A DNA stretch of 61,606 nt, counting the filler, from Circinaria calcarea (Eukaryota): assembly GCA_051942165.1 (NCBI GenBank). It is 16 parts of 16 records of this genome, joined end to end, with 100 filler letters (N's around TTAATTAATTAA, not from the genome) between each part and the next. Parts side by side here need not be neighbours in the genome. Positions count along the whole stretch, not along the records: positions 1 to 3,776 come from JAVECS010002629.1; positions 3,877 to 7,648 come from JAVECS010002631.1; positions 7,749 to 11,520 come from JAVECS010002632.1; positions 11,621 to 15,391 come from JAVECS010002633.1; 12 more parts are not named here. One strand, given 5' to 3'. The notes under the pieces were generated by a model, which was not told where the DNA came from, ran no database searches, and saw nothing but the letters and a program-made list of their open reading frames with translations. The number at the start of each line of letters is the position of its first letter. The stretch's first letter is position 1. The translations under genes and the position numbers were made by a program. Below are positions 1 to 13,227 of the stretch, piece after piece.

Positions 1-96
1 AGAAGTAATGCATCCATGGTGGGTCTTGACATACCGGTATCCAGACACAATATACTCGTTGCCTCTACACAACTGTCAACTGGGTCCATCCCGGTA

Positions 97-761
97 TTAG
101 GGCCCAGTCGGGTCCCCATTACCTCTGCCAAATCGCTAAAATGAAGAGGCCCATTAGTAACGTTCTATTCCCCTCTGCCAAGATGTCCTTACAAAGCTGG
201 TTCCATACCAATAACTGGCGATCAATACTCTTGCGCATAACAATCTTCTGGTCAAAGTTTCTGCAAAACAGTCTCTCTTCTGCTCTGTCTCAAAACTGAT
301 AAAAGCAGAGCGGTGGCGTCTTGTACCACGCGAGTGATTCGGCTTCATTCGTTCCGGATTCATCATTATGACGAAATACGATGAATACCGGCTGTCATGT
401 AGCAAAAGAGAAATCGAACAACTCCGGATCTAATTTAAAATTGACGAGACTTGCCTCTCGTTTTGGTCTTTAAGAAAGTGGTGATGTCGCTACACCGGGG
501 CACAAATAGCGAATCTCGTACCATTCTCACCCTCTATATTCAACCGCGGATTCCTCTTTGCTTGGTTGCAGACTTACTACCATGTGGCAGTGATTCAATC
601 AGTCGTACCTCTTACCAGAAGAACACATTCGCTCTCAACGTAGATATTGCTACTGAATAGAATGAAGCACATTCAGGATACTGAGTCCAGCGAACCGAAA
701 ATCCGGAAACATTGCCGATGCGAACTTCGTGTATACGGAGTAGACTCGAGTAAGACGTCAT
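97..761 (-). CDS. Putative small divergent RRM-like protein, 3 exons (761-616, 391-193, 135-97), about 127 aa
   Basis: GT..AG introns 615-392 and 192-136 (the latter GTAAGG..TACTAAT..TAG) join track ORFs 612..815 and 154..405 in phase. The product has EVRIGNV (RNP2-like) and SAFISFETEQKRDCFAETLTRRLLCARVLIASY (RNP1 plus helix 2 plus strand 4-like). The intron 1 branch site is weak. Confidence 0.4.
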
Positions 762-1699
762 GTACTTCGGTAATTTAGTCGCGAGACTCTGTCGCAATAA
801 CAATATTCCGTACACAGCAGGCTATTCTACATATAGCAAAGCGTCTTTCCCCTTTCCAAACGCACGTGAGATCGCATACCCTCTCGCTCTCAGCGCCCGA
901 CCCCCACTCATTCCATAACCAACCACAGACGCCCCACACACCGATAAGGCCCCGGACTTTCCTCCGCATGAGAAGCTAAGGGGCGGTATATCTACGACTG
1001 AAATCAAACAATGAAAAGCAATCCCCACGTTTCGGACTCCTCGACATGGAACGCCCCCTTTCTCTCCACTTCCCTTGGGACTTTTCAACTGCTCCCCTCC
1101 AAACACTCCCGTACATTCACGACAGTTTGCTAAAAAGGCAACATATGTTTAATCTTATCATGAAGGACAGCTCTCAGCCTACCCATTCGCCCTTATCTTT
1201 CACTGTAACAGCACAACTCACCAACCACAATCGGACCAAAAGTCGAACTGCAGGATTAAGGTATGATTGGTCAGGGGTACTACTTCAAAAACAACCCCGA
1301 GGAGCGTAGGTACAGTACCTCGTATGAAAGGAAACACGAGGGGGCCCTTCCAATTGGGAAAAGACCCCGGTCACACAGCAGGCAGCCACGAGTACACTTC
1401 CCCCTTACTTGCATGTTTCACACTTCGGCCGGGACTCCGATACCCAGAGTCTGCATTCCCCGATAAGCTTGAATATTGTTCAGCTCGTGTCTCAGTCATT
1501 GAATTGCGTCTCAGTGTACCGCCTCGAATGGGAAGGTTATCATGGAGCCTCAAGCTAAAAATACAGTCCGCAGCAAAAGGTTCCCCCAGCGCGGCTGAAA
1601 GGTTCTCTCACCAAGAAGAAAGGTGAAAGCCCGCCCGACCGAAATCCTAACCCCATTAGGTCTCACCGCATCGGCTAAAGAATCAAAATCTATAATCAC

Positions 1700-3476
1700 T
1701 CAAATAGTCCCTGAGCTGGTCTGCAGAGCGGAGATGTTCCTGGCGCCACCAGACACGTCCAACATGTCATCCAAGTCATCGGCGGTGGTCGACGACAGAG
1801 AATCGGGGAAGTCTTCGCCCATGGAACAACCATTACGCTTGGCCTTTTTCGTTCGAGACGTTTTGGAGATGCCACGTTGAGTGCTCTCACGGCGCTTCTT
1901 GGGGGCTTCTAAAGATTTCGGGTATTTATGACACTGACATTGCATAAATCAGCAGCCGCTCAAGTACGAAATAATGCTGTGAATTTACCTTGTAAGCATG
2001 CCTAAACCAAGTCGTGCCTTTCTTCTTACTACTGATGAGCGCGATCCAACCGTCGCAGCCACCACATAAGCCTTCCCATACATCCGGATTCCCATTCATC
2101 CGCCTGGTTTCCTTTGGCCCGTCAAATGCCATTCCCGACGCAGCACTGATTCCGTGCGTAAAACTCTTGTCGTACCAGAAGGCCGAGTTCTTCAGTATAA
2201 GCCAGCGTCCAGGTTTGCAAATGCCACACCAGCCTTCACGCTTGTGGCCATGACCACGGACATACTTGGGCGTGTACATGTCGCCCTCGAATCGAAGCTC
2301 TTGTTCTCGCGGTGTAAGTTTGATGTCTTCCGGCGCCATGTCTTCGGGGTCTGGTTTCAACTGTTCTTCTTGTAGCGGTCCGAACAGATTAGGCACCTCG
2401 GTAGAGTCTACCAAGTTACTGTCGCATTTGCCTTGAGAAGAGCCGGGATTGCGGAAAACGGTGACATGTCCGGGTAAGGGAGGAAGAGCGGGCACTGTTT
2501 CGTAGGGTATAGAAGCGTCATACGACATTGATAGGTGGAAGTCGCTGCAGAGGTATTGATGGTTGGGTACATCAAAGAATTGGAGAGGGGAGTTGCCGAA
2601 TTTGGGAGTTGTGAAATCAGACATGTTGTCCGATAACGCAGTTAAAGTATCGTCAACGTGGTAGTCCAGATGATGAACCACAAAATCGTCACAGCAGTCG
2701 TCTGACGGCGAACAGCATTCCGTGCTTGGTAAGAAGTAAGATGCGGTGGATGCACTACTGCTTCGAGCATGTTCCAAAAAACCTGACCAGGGGGGAGAAG
2801 GACCTGGAGACAAGAAGCTTTCTAATTGACTAGTCGACTTTCCATGGTTGTTCTGAAAGTGATCGGGTAGAGCATTGTTTTCATCAAGACCAAGACAAGG
2901 GTAGGAATCCGGAGAAATGTTGGGGTGAGCGTTAATATCTGTGAAGCCTGTAAAGCTTGACAGTGCCTCCCTATTGGATGGAGGGAGAGATGACCAAGTC
3001 GTTCGGCCAGGAGGTATGGGCCCAAAGACCCAAGGTTCGATTTCGTCTATATTCACTGAATTCTCAAACCTCTCCGATGAGCCTCCAGAATACATGCTCT
3101 GAGTTAACCCTCCACTTTGCTTCTCAGGATGTAGTCCAGGGCCATGACGGTACTCTGACTTGTCCATGTATGTTCTGGTTTTAGGTGCTTCAGAGAAGTT
3201 AGCCAGTCAATACAAATAGCCTTTGACCCTATCGTGCATACCATCGTCCCATAGAGTGTAGACGTTTTGCTGTTTTGCTACAAAGCTAGACTGAGGGTAG
3301 ATATCCTCTAGGTCTAGGGTTTTTACCCGGCTGTCCTGCTGCATAACTGAACTGCGCTGCTGTTGCGGGATGGATCCGTTCTCTGAAGTTGCCAATGGCT
3401 CGTAAGGACGCTGATCTGTCCCGTGGGGAGGCGGTGCAGACCACGACTTCGGGGGAAACGTATGCGACGAGAACAT
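1700..3476 (-). CDS. Meu26/Rua1-C (DUF4451-type) domain protein, 3 exons (3476-3242, 3187-1989, 1933-1700)
   Basis: Conserved block YTPKYVRGHGHKREGWCGICKPGRWLILKNSAFWYDKSFTHGISA...WEGLCGGC...WFRHAYKCH. Introns 3241-3188 (GTATGC..GCTAAC..AAG) and 1988-1934 (GTAAAT..GCTGAT..CAG) keep the frame. Confidence 0.8.
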
Positions 3477-3776
3477 ATTTGCGTCCAGTAAAGGAGCGTT
3501 AACATGAAAGCGAGGATGACTGATAAGACCAGGATATCAAGGCGGTCTATAAGGGTTGAGTTTTATGCGAATGCTAGCAGATAACTGCAGCTGATAAGAA
3601 AGGTCAGCGTACTAGTGGGACTCGAGCGAATAGTATTATTGGACGTGCCATCGTGCTCTCGACGCGCCCATTCCCAAATAAGGTCCAAATACCGACCTAC
3701 ATGCATACAGGGTCAGCCACGTGCGTATACGAGGTTGGATTTGGAACAGCATCATGGTTATGGCTCCAGGTTGCGG

Positions 3777-3876
3777 NNNNNNNNNNNNNNNNNNNNNNNN
3801 NNNNNNNNNNNNNNNNNNNNTTAATTAATTAANNNNNNNNNNNNNNNNNNNNNNNNNNNNNNNNNNNNNNNNNNNN
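3777..3876. other. Artificial contig-joining linker (first of 15)
   Basis: 44 N + TTAATTAATTAA (stops in all six frames) + 44 N. The same linker occurs at 7649-7748, 11521-11620, 15392-15491, 19262-19361, 23129-23228, 26993-27092, 30849-30948, 34701-34800, 38552-38651, 42402-42501, 46246-46345, 50090-50189, 53932-54031 and 57770-57869. Segment lengths never increase (3776 down to 3737). Confidence 0.99.
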
Positions 3877-4974
3877 AAACGTGTCTGGCAGAGCAAGACC
3901 TCGATGGCCTTTTGATCATATCAACAAGAGCATTTCCCCAGACGCTGCATGGGGCTGATTGACCGCATGCTCCAGGTGGGTAGCCATTGATAGCACCGTT
4001 TACAGACGCCAGCACCACTGCACTTGCATCAACGGCAGGCGGTTTGGAAGAAGTCTGGCTCATCATTCGACGCCGACGTGAGCAGAGTCGAGCGTAGGCG
4101 CTGTGCGAAGTGCCTCCAGACTGTTCGCGCGGTTCTGGTTTTAGATTCGACGCTAAAACAAACGGCTACTGGACCGAAGTCGTTGATTGGTCCACCATCG
4201 CCTTCAGGGCTCGCGAGTGCGACCGGGGAATCACGAGCCTCCATTGCCAATCGTAGTCGGTGGAACACGATCCTCACGGCGTGCACATTGTATGGGCTGC
4301 TGTACACCCCGATCCCGGAGTTGGCTTTGCCTGATGGGCTGAAGCCACCGGGTACGTACCGTTAACGAGGGGTGAGAATGGCAGCGCACATAAGGCTGTG
4401 GGAGGTCCCGGCTTGGCGTTGTAGACGGAGCAAAGTCATCCAGGGCTGAGCATTCATGGAGATGCTTGAGTTGTATTCTGGCTAGAGTAAGAAATAGGCG
4501 GGGGATTATTTGGGGAAACGCCAGTTCTAATTTCGACCGCCAGCTCTCATATCCCTACGGGTCAAGGATCTTACTTGCTTGCAGTCGGCGACATATTCTT
4601 AGTTTGAGTTTAGCATACCAAGAAGAGTAGCATGGGAAAGACACGAAGTGGCTTGTGGCTGTAAGCGGTTTCTTGACTATTACTTTATCCACATGAAGGA
4701 CCAAAATACTTTGGCAAAAAGGCCCAGGCGTCGGCCCAAACAATCACCACAAGCCGCTTTAATAAACATGAAAGGCCCGCAACCCCGTGATCCAGCATCA
4801 TCCGTTATCGAACTCCCTTTAGACGATGTTGTTTGCGCTTCCAGAAATGCATAGGCAGCGGGGAACGGAGTTGATAGACACCGGTTGGGGGATTACAAGT
4901 CTTTGGGGTATCGAACAAACCAAGAGGCGTAATCCATAGGAAAACCATGTCGCAAGGGTAGGAAGATGTTGTCT

Positions 4975-5337
4975 CTAGTACTTGAGGATGATGTACCTAG
5001 ACGAAGATTAGCTTTCTCTAGAAGTGATATATCCACCAGGACCATCATGGATCACAGAGAGATGGACGGATACTGACAATGCATGAACGATTCCCGGAAT
5101 GTAACCCAAGACCGTGAGGAGGATGTTGATCAAGAGATCGCTACCTAATGAACTATTAGGGCACATTTCAAAGTACACATCATCGGGCCATCGTACCGCA
5201 ACCACGTTCCAGGAAGACACCAAGAGGTGGGAGGATGACAGCGAGGCTAAACAACATGTCAGCAACTAATCTATCGAGAGTGATGCAACGGGCGAGTTTG
5301 ACATGATTTTGCAGATGTCTGATGCAGTGAAGGCCAT
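4975..5337 (-). CDS. PMP3: Plasma membrane proteolipid 3 (Pmp3 family), 4 exons
   Basis: Spliced product MAFTASDICKII/LAVILPPLGVFLERGCG/SDLLINILLTVLGYIPGIVHAL/YIILKY* is the typical Pmp3 sequence. Confidence 0.93.
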
Positions 5338-7263
5338 TTTGAATGATGTTATCGACGAAAAGCTAGGTGGAGTATTGAGGGCTTGATGTCGTGAGGTGAA
5401 GGGTAAATGTGTGAAAGGTGTTGGTGGACGAAATATTGGAGGTTGGTGTTGTGGAAGGAGGAAACAATGCGACAGTCTCTTATGAGACCTCAGCGCCACA
5501 GCATGACTCGCTACGTCACCGTAGGAACCACAGCAGTTTTACGCTTTGCTTCGCTTTCGATTGCCTTGGCAGGGAAATTGCGACAGCGATTACGTAGGAT
5601 TCTCCAGCAAAGCAACCTTTCTGACCCCATGATCTACCGAGTACACGAATCCAGATGATCATTTCACCGATGAGAACACTTTGACTGCTCATCATGGTGG
5701 TGCAATCAACTGTCCGGGATGGCCCGATCCACTCATCCGATGCTAGATGTCGTTATTCTTAGAAAAGGGTCCAAGTGTGGCGTAATCTCTGTGGCTGTGC
5801 GACCGAAGGTTCTCTCCGTAGCTGGACCCTGTACCCATCAACAGGTGGCAATGCTGGGGAAAGTCGCGGGATAGATAATATGGCCGTGCGTGCTGTCGCT
5901 GCCTTGAAACCTATTCCCAACATGGGAGGAGGAGACTATATAAAGGGGCTCAAGACAGGAAGTTGTTGCTTACGGCTCCCATGATGCTATCCTTCTAGCT
6001 ACCGCATTGTGCCAATTGGTATTCTCTGCTCGCTAGTCATGCTGAGTGAAAAGCTTCTACACCTGGATTTCCTCACTCTGAGAACTCGTGCTGGGAGTGT
6101 AGTGGGTAAATGATTTGGTACTGTCTGCTTGGAAGACTCGATGGAATTACAGGGGCAAGAAAGATGTTCTCAAGCATCCAATAAGCCTCAAGAGCACAGC
6201 AAGCTTTTCATGGATCCTTGATACACGTCCGCCAGTCAACATCATAGAGGCATCGTCCTATCCCTCGAAACACCCAATAACAGCCTTTGTCGGAATCAAA
6301 ATATCTGCTTTTCTTGATGAACTATAGCTTACAACTCCCCCTATATGTATATAATCGTCCTGGGGCTTTTGCGATGATCGTACTTTTGAACCTTGCACGG
6401 TTGCTGAAGACATGATAGTGTCTCTTGCACAGTCTGCGTATCAACTTCAGCATTGGAGTTATCTCGATTACAATCCCACGAGATAATGATGCCGGGTATC
6501 CTGCTCGATAGCGTCTCGGGGTGAAGTCGGAGTAAAGAAAAAAGCCCTCATAACAAAAAGAAAGAAGGAGAACCATCATCGGGAAACTTCTAGGCGAAAG
6601 GTCAAGCAGAGGTGGCTTTTATGCTGTGGAGTCAAGTTCTGATGCTTTAGGAAGGGGTTACGAGAAACCCTCAAAACAGACATTGGTTTCGGTCATCACG
6701 AGTGCATATGACTGTTCAGATAAGCCCTGCAATAAGCTTCTCAAAAGCGACATGGACAAAAATAAGGTTGGCGACTGTCATCTGCACTCTGGAGGCGAGC
6801 GTATCGGATCTGAGCAATATAGCTGAGTGCAGAAGCATGTAAATGCAGTGTTGTGCGTGCGTCCAGCAGACTATGCTCCTTCATCTCATACATCCATTTC
6901 CATTCATAATACCATACACAGATTACGACTTCGCTTAATTCTCAAGTGACACTTTGTTCTGGCCGGATTCCACTCCACCACCTCCGACGGGGTGAAGAGT
7001 GGCGTCGACCGCAGATTCTGCTGCACCAACTAGCCAGCATGAACCTGCATTATCAGCATACAAGGATGCTGATCTGCAAAGGAGCGGCATAGGACCAACA
7101 ATCGGTGGGCCGCGTTTGCAACCCTGAACGTTTCCAGAGGCAGCCTACGACCAATTGGTTGCACCAAAAGGCTCAAACCCCAACCCATATCACCAGATCA
7201 ATACTTTGCACAGCGCTTTGACTAGAGTAGCTAGCAACGCACGAACGTACCGCCGTGAGCCAA

Positions 7264-7635
7264 TCAACTCTCTATCTTGTCTTTGCCTTGATCCGGGTCC
7301 AGGTACGTTTCTGTCTCTGCTTCCTCGTACTCTGCAATTAAGTCCATGACGACGGCCCGGGCTTCATCAAATTCACCCAGTCCATCAGCGAACGGCGCTT
7401 CTTTCTTGTAACCTTCGAGATAAGCATTCCTTTTCCGCATTTTGTCATATTGTACCACGATACGCTTGAAAAGGGTTGCGACTGAAGTATGGTTTGCAAG
7501 CATTAACCCCGAGACTCGATGGGTATTCGGGAGGTAGGGTGATTTCTTAGTCAATGCTACTTGTATTGATGCAGGGCCCCATGGTATAAAGGTTGCCAGG
7601 CCGCGTTCACGGATCCGAAGGAGAGATTTGTGCAC
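7264..7635 (-). CDS. mipA: Gamma-tubulin, last exon only (5' part off contig)
   Basis: [48 protein letters not shown] is the gamma-tubulin C-terminal signature; a TAG acceptor lies immediately upstream. Confidence 0.95.
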   Translation of the reverse strand: MHKSLLRIRERGLATFIPWGPASIQVALTKKSPYLPNTHRVSGLMLANHTSVATLFKRIVVQYDKMRKRNAYLEGYKKEAPFADGLGEFDEARAVVMDLIAEYEEAETETYLDPDQGKDKIES

Positions 7636-7748
7636 CTAGAGAGTCAGTNNNNNNNNNNNNNNNNNNNNNNNNNNNNNNNNNNNNNNNNNNNNTTAATTAA
7701 TTAANNNNNNNNNNNNNNNNNNNNNNNNNNNNNNNNNNNNNNNNNNNN

Positions 7749-9407
7749 TCAAGGGATTGGAAGAGGGGGAAGTAGCCACGTTCGTTGGGATCTGCATAGA
7801 GGAAGAACTGGGTCGAGGTATTCCAGAAAACTTGGTCAGGAGGGAACTGCAGGAAGATTTTGGTATAGGTGGCCATTGTGAAAGTCTCAATACCTTGTTG
7901 TTTCCAGGCGGGGAGGTCGGGGGAGAAAGTCACGACGTCGTTCTGAAGGACTCCAAGGGAGAACGTGCAAATGGCGTAGTCAGCCGACACACAGCTGCCG
8001 TCGTCATTGTACACCGTGACGCCAGTATCACTGTAGGAGATGTTGGTAACAATGGTGTTTAGAAGTAATCTCGGATCGTTGGCTGTCAGGAAGGTTGACG
8101 CTTCACCTTTAACAAAAGTGTTGAATCCTCTGGGGTCGTAAACATAATTGTTCTCATCAGAGAACTGGTAGAAGGTAGTATTCTGCGTTATTCTCGGTCA
8201 GTAGGGCCATGAAGTATTACCTGAGGATCATCTTGTATACGTAGTTGACGATGGCAAATTCCTGCGAACTCTCTTCCTACACATTGTTAGAGCAAGCCGG
8301 GGGCCATCAATAAAATAAGACTCGGATATGCTCTTACCGGACTGACTGCATATTCCCAGTCAAACTCCCACCAATCTACCGCTTGAGCTGCTTTGTTTTG
8401 ACCCGGCTTCCATCCTGCAAGCCTTAAGCCCGACCGGAAGCTTCTGTCTTGCAAGTTTTCGCTCAAAATGTATCCGGCATCCTGCTCAAGCGTTGAGTAA
8501 GCATCTTCATAGGTGTCCAGTAGATCTGTAAATTGAAGCGGGCCGGTCTCATTAAAGGTCTGAAGTGATGAGTAGTTCGAGTATCTGTCTTGATTACTCT
8601 CGTAATGTTCCTGAAGTGGTATATGCAGAGGCTGGGCCTACTTACGTATTCGTAAGATTATACTTCTTGGTCTGTTTTTCAATGTCAGCCGGCGCCCTCC
8701 CTCGCCACCAGGCTGACTTGAAAGAGATCAGGTGGTTTTTTTACCAGCGTCCATATAGGATTCTCCGGTCCTCCTGCCGACACTAGACCCTGAACCTAAA
8801 CCAAGCACAGTACAGTCAGACCTGGTCTCATATTCTCCCACTGATCACATGGACATCGCTTTCCATCGACATACCCAATTGGCTCCTAACTCAACAATGT
8901 ACGGCGTGCCGTCAGCCGGGTTCGCACCGAACGTGGTGTGCACCACCCGGCCGCCTTGTTGTGCAGTGCTCTCAGTACTTTCCACGTAGCTGTTGCGCAT
9001 CAAGGGGCGTCATGTACCAATGTCACCCAAATATTCGAGAATCAAAAAATCCGTCAGGCTGGCGTTACTCAAGGCTTGCTACGGAACTTCAGTTGACACA
9101 TACATTTCCTCGATCACAAGGTTTACGCCGTGCAGGTACTTACGGCAGCAGTGATGCCAGCAGTTCCGGCTCCGCTAAATCCGCCGGGAAGAAGGACATA
9201 GTCAGCAGGCAGCTTCCCGTGTCAAACGCCTGCATCAAACAGGCCAAGGGGAAGCGGAAACCCAGCGTACAGGATAGCGACGGTGGTGCGCTGGCAGGTG
9301 GAACTCCGACGATGCAGTAATGGCGAGGCCGTAGTAATGACGGGGGAGGTCGATAGGGCGAGTAGGACGGCAGAGCGGCCGATGGAGGAAAAGCTGGGGA
9401 TCTGCAT
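7749..9407 (-). CDS. Flavin-containing polyamine oxidase with N-terminal signal peptide, multi-exon, 3' truncated
   Basis: MQIPSFSSIGRSAVLLALSTSP..CQRTTVAIL/GAGTAGITAA (FAD-binding GxG motif); C-terminal part ADYAICTFSLGVLQNDVVTFSPDLPAWK..MATYTKIFLQFP..FFLYADPNERGY resembles plant and fungal PAO. Confidence 0.88.
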
Positions 9408-11620
9408 CCTTTAGTGCCAAGTCCGGTCATCGATCAGCACTTCGTCGAGAGTTTCAGACGAGAAGATCTCGAAGCTGAAACAATGGAAATGGAAAGAAGA
9501 CGACGGTGATGATGTTACACTTTCACTGACCTGTCCAGTGGACCGTGATTCCTCCTTCCCCTCTCGTCGTAGATGCCACTCATTCACTGCAGGAAATCCG
9601 GATTAACTCGGTTTCAAGCAGACGAGGCAACGTAACGTGACGTGACGGTTTTCGTGTGCGACCCAGACTCCGTCTACCATTGACCTACCAAAAGACTGCA
9701 GGGACGTGCAGGACGATAAGCCCCCCCCCAATCCTCGCTGGAGCTCGAGCCCGGCCTATGATCGCATTCTGGTACCTGAGAGTGAGAGCCGGGAGGAACA
9801 CGCAATAGGCTGCAATGAAAGTAAGTGCCTTCCCCCAAGCTCCAGTCACTTTCCACCCCCCGAAGCGCAAACTCCTTCGACCTGGTCAGCCCTATTCTCC
9901 CTACCTCCCCTCAATCCAAAGCAACCGGGAACATCGCAGTCGCCCGTCCTCAGCTTTCTATCTATAACATCCTTCACCGACCAACTGCTCTCTCAGCCAC
10001 CCCGAGGCTTTCACCTGAGGCTCTGCCAATCCCCAGCCCCAGCCCCACCCCTGCCGGCGCTAGTCACCCTTTCGCTTCCCTGCTTAGGGGAAAATAGATA
10101 CAATGCCCTTCCCAGCGCGGCTGCCGCTCCCGGCTCGCAACAGGGAATTCAAGCGCTGCGAAGATCCACAAAAAAGCAATTCCCTACGTGCCTACCTACA
10201 GTAACTGGGGGGAAAGGAAGCCAAAAAGAAACCGAAGCACAGCCCCGCGGTTCAGTCTTCCCTTTGTAATTTCCAGCTCTTTGGCCGTCATCTTTTCTGG
10301 GGACGGGGAACAAGGCTCATGGTATGTTGGACGGATATCCGGCATCTGGAGATTCCGTACATGTATTCTGCGGAGAAGAGAGTACTTGATTACAAAAGTC
10401 GCTTGGCACTTGTGCCCAATATCTCCTCTGACATGAGCAAGGTATGATGCCAAGCTGGTAGAATCCCCCTTCAGAGAAATGCTTCGCCGCCGGTTTCGGA
10501 TGTTAAAAGGACGGAAGCTCCGCCCTAGCTAGGCATCACTGGTATGGACGAGAGACGGACACCGTGATCAATTTCCGAGAGCGCGGAACGGCCCAAAGCT
10601 GAGTGAGTACATCTACTGCATGTAGGTTAGTGACAGGATCGGGGCTTGGGAGGATTACCCGGCTCGAGGGCGGATTCCATTGGCATCCTCGAGCGGCTAC
10701 AGTGCGGCCGAGGACTCATCATCAAAGATAACAAACAGGCGGGCTTGAGCCAGCTGGGGGAATGCTTGCGAGGCTACGGAGTACACGTGGTTATCATTCC
10801 ACCTTCGCCGTGGCCTGGTTTGACGTCGATTTCTGATAATCCTCTACGGCCCATTGCACTAGGCAATTTCTTATGTAGACAAAGATTCCCAATGCGCCCT
10901 GGCTATGCGAGAGTATCAACAACGCCATGTATCGAACAGCGTAAAGCGAGAAGCGCAGGAAACAGCGGACGAACCAACATGAAACAGATGCACCACCCAA
11001 ACAAAAGGAAATTTACTAGTACAGCAGACGAGAGATCTCAAAGAAAAGGATGCAGTCTTGTTGGAGCAAAACCGGGCCGTCAGAAGCGTGATAAATCCAG
11101 ATTTCATGCCCCAACCCCGGTAAATGCAGCTAGAGCCGGTCGTCTCTGGGACGACGGCGACAATCCCAACCGCGTTTTACTCCGGCCTCCCTTCTCGTGC
11201 AGCCTGAGTAGCCGGCAAGCTGCAGACGATAATACAATGGATCAGTCGATGTGAACCAGGCAGAACTGTTGCCCCTGCGGTTTGACGCCAGTTAATTATG
11301 ACAAGATGACAAGGGAAACTCATGAAACCTCGGAGGAGATTAGATCTCGGTCTTGGCCTATAGGCCGAGCGAATGTCTAGGGCTGTGGCTCAGTGATTCC
11401 ACTGGGCTGCAGTGTTCGGAGGCCCACGGGTCCTGTAGGAAATTTGGGTCTGATTGGAATGGTAGTCGCCCTGGATGCAGTTCATCCCACTTCCGTGCAC
11501 AGTACTTGGCTGGCCATCTTNNNNNNNNNNNNNNNNNNNNNNNNNNNNNNNNNNNNNNNNNNNNTTAATTAATTAANNNNNNNNNNNNNNNNNNNNNNNN
11601 NNNNNNNNNNNNNNNNNNNN

Positions 11621-12528
11621 ATGTAGCAGGCGTTCAAATGAAGAAAAGTAACAAGTCCTGGTCCGATTGCGACTGTATCAGATGGAGGGCCGAGCTGACT
11701 CCATTCTAACTGGGCGCAGTCTTTTATTGAAGGATTACCCAGACTTGCATCACATTCGTAGCTCACCTCATTCGAGGAACCGGTTTCATCCCACCAAGGT
11801 ATCCTACCACCGAGCTGCATGCGCCTGGTTCTAGCTTTCCATACTAACAAGCCAGCTTCGCCAAGCAGAGAGGTAATGGCGCCAGGCTGTCCATATCGTT
11901 TGAGCGTCGCCAATCTTACCAAAATATCTCCCGTGATTCCAGGGTCAAAGTTGCCTGGCTGGGTGTCCTTACCACTCGGCCCACTGACAGTGACTGTGAC
12001 AAAAGCAGTGCTGGGAGGGTATGGAGCCCCTCTTAGCATTACCGACCCTCTGGTAGGAAAGATCCAGTCCGCCAGGTTTTCATAACCAAGTACTTCGAAG
12101 CCTCCAGTATGGTCTTCCCCGAGGCACTGTTCGATGACTCTGGTGGCAGCCGCGCGGACATCTATTGGTATAATCCAAACGAATGGAGGAATATTTGGAC
12201 CGGCTGTCTCGACCGATATGTAGCAATCGCCTACTCGATACCGTATCATCAACACTGGGCCTTACACAAAAGATCTGGAAATTCAGTATTGTCACTTACC
12301 TACATTGACGCTAACCGGTAAATTAAACGGGCTCCCTTGTCTGGTCTCGCTGTTGGTCTCGTAAGGGACTGGCCTACCCACAGCAGCTCCCCTGGGCCCA
12401 GCCCGTGGCAGCCTTTCTACTGCTTCTAGGCACTGTGATACCACAAGGTCGGTGCCATAGAAATCGGAGCAAGAAATCCAACCTTGTTGCAACGCGTTGG
12501 AGGAACTGGCCATGGACGAACTGGCCAT
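11621..12528 (-). CDS. Cys-containing hypothetical protein with at least two related domains, 2 exons, 3' truncated
   Basis: Track ORFs 12292..12528 and 11569..12255 are joined by a GTAAGT..TAG intron (VG/DCYISV). Domain starts ISCSDFYG..SQCLEAVERLP and YECDASLGNPSIKDCAQLE are similar. Confidence 0.65.
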
Positions 12529-13227
12529 GAGTGTAGAATGAAAATTATATTATTCGCATAGCCAAAGATACCTGTGCATCAGAGGACAACAGGGTATCTC
12601 TCTGTTCAAAGGCCCACCGTATCCCCGTCAACACACCAGCATCCATTGTAGCGGATATAGCTCTGACCATCCTGGTTTCATCTATGGTTTGCAACAACAA
12701 TGGTTCGCGGGCGTCGCGCAGTATTCCTCTTATCGTAAGCGCTTCTAGTTGGAGATGTCATACTTTTTCAAACCTTCTTGCGGCAAGGTTGGCTTAATGA
12801 AAACCTAGGATTCCCCGGCTTTGTAATTGACTATAAGCATGAAACAGATCTATCCTAGGATACATGCGTGGTTCTTCCGATCGGGAATCGGACCAACCTT
12901 TAGAGTTGTATAAGGCGCTAAAGTGTATGGGAGCAAGTTTCGAAGATTGGAGTGAAATGAAAGCGCGCTTAGAAGCATTAGTAGATGATTGAATGGTTAA
13001 GACTGTCTATAGGAGCCAAACCCATTAATGCGGAGGAGTGGAAAGCGAAGGCGAGTTTGAGAGATAGGGGCTAGCACTGGTATTCGCATTAACTCTAATC
13101 CGATCCGCGGCAAATCACGTGAACTCAAACGAGATCTCCAACTTCCCCGTTCGGCTGCATTTCTTTACCAATCCTGAATCCTTCTAAAGGGTGCTGAAAC
13201 TACTCCGGCATGAAAAGCTCTATAAAT

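Noticed and set aside
3877..4460. Overlapping ORFs at the start of contig 2
   Set aside because: No frame on either strand gave a recognisable or consistently open product.
9706..11254. ORFs 9706..10269 and 10646..11254
   Set aside because: Non-ATG starts, low-complexity Pro/Ser/Arg composition, no splice or domain support; probably intergenic.
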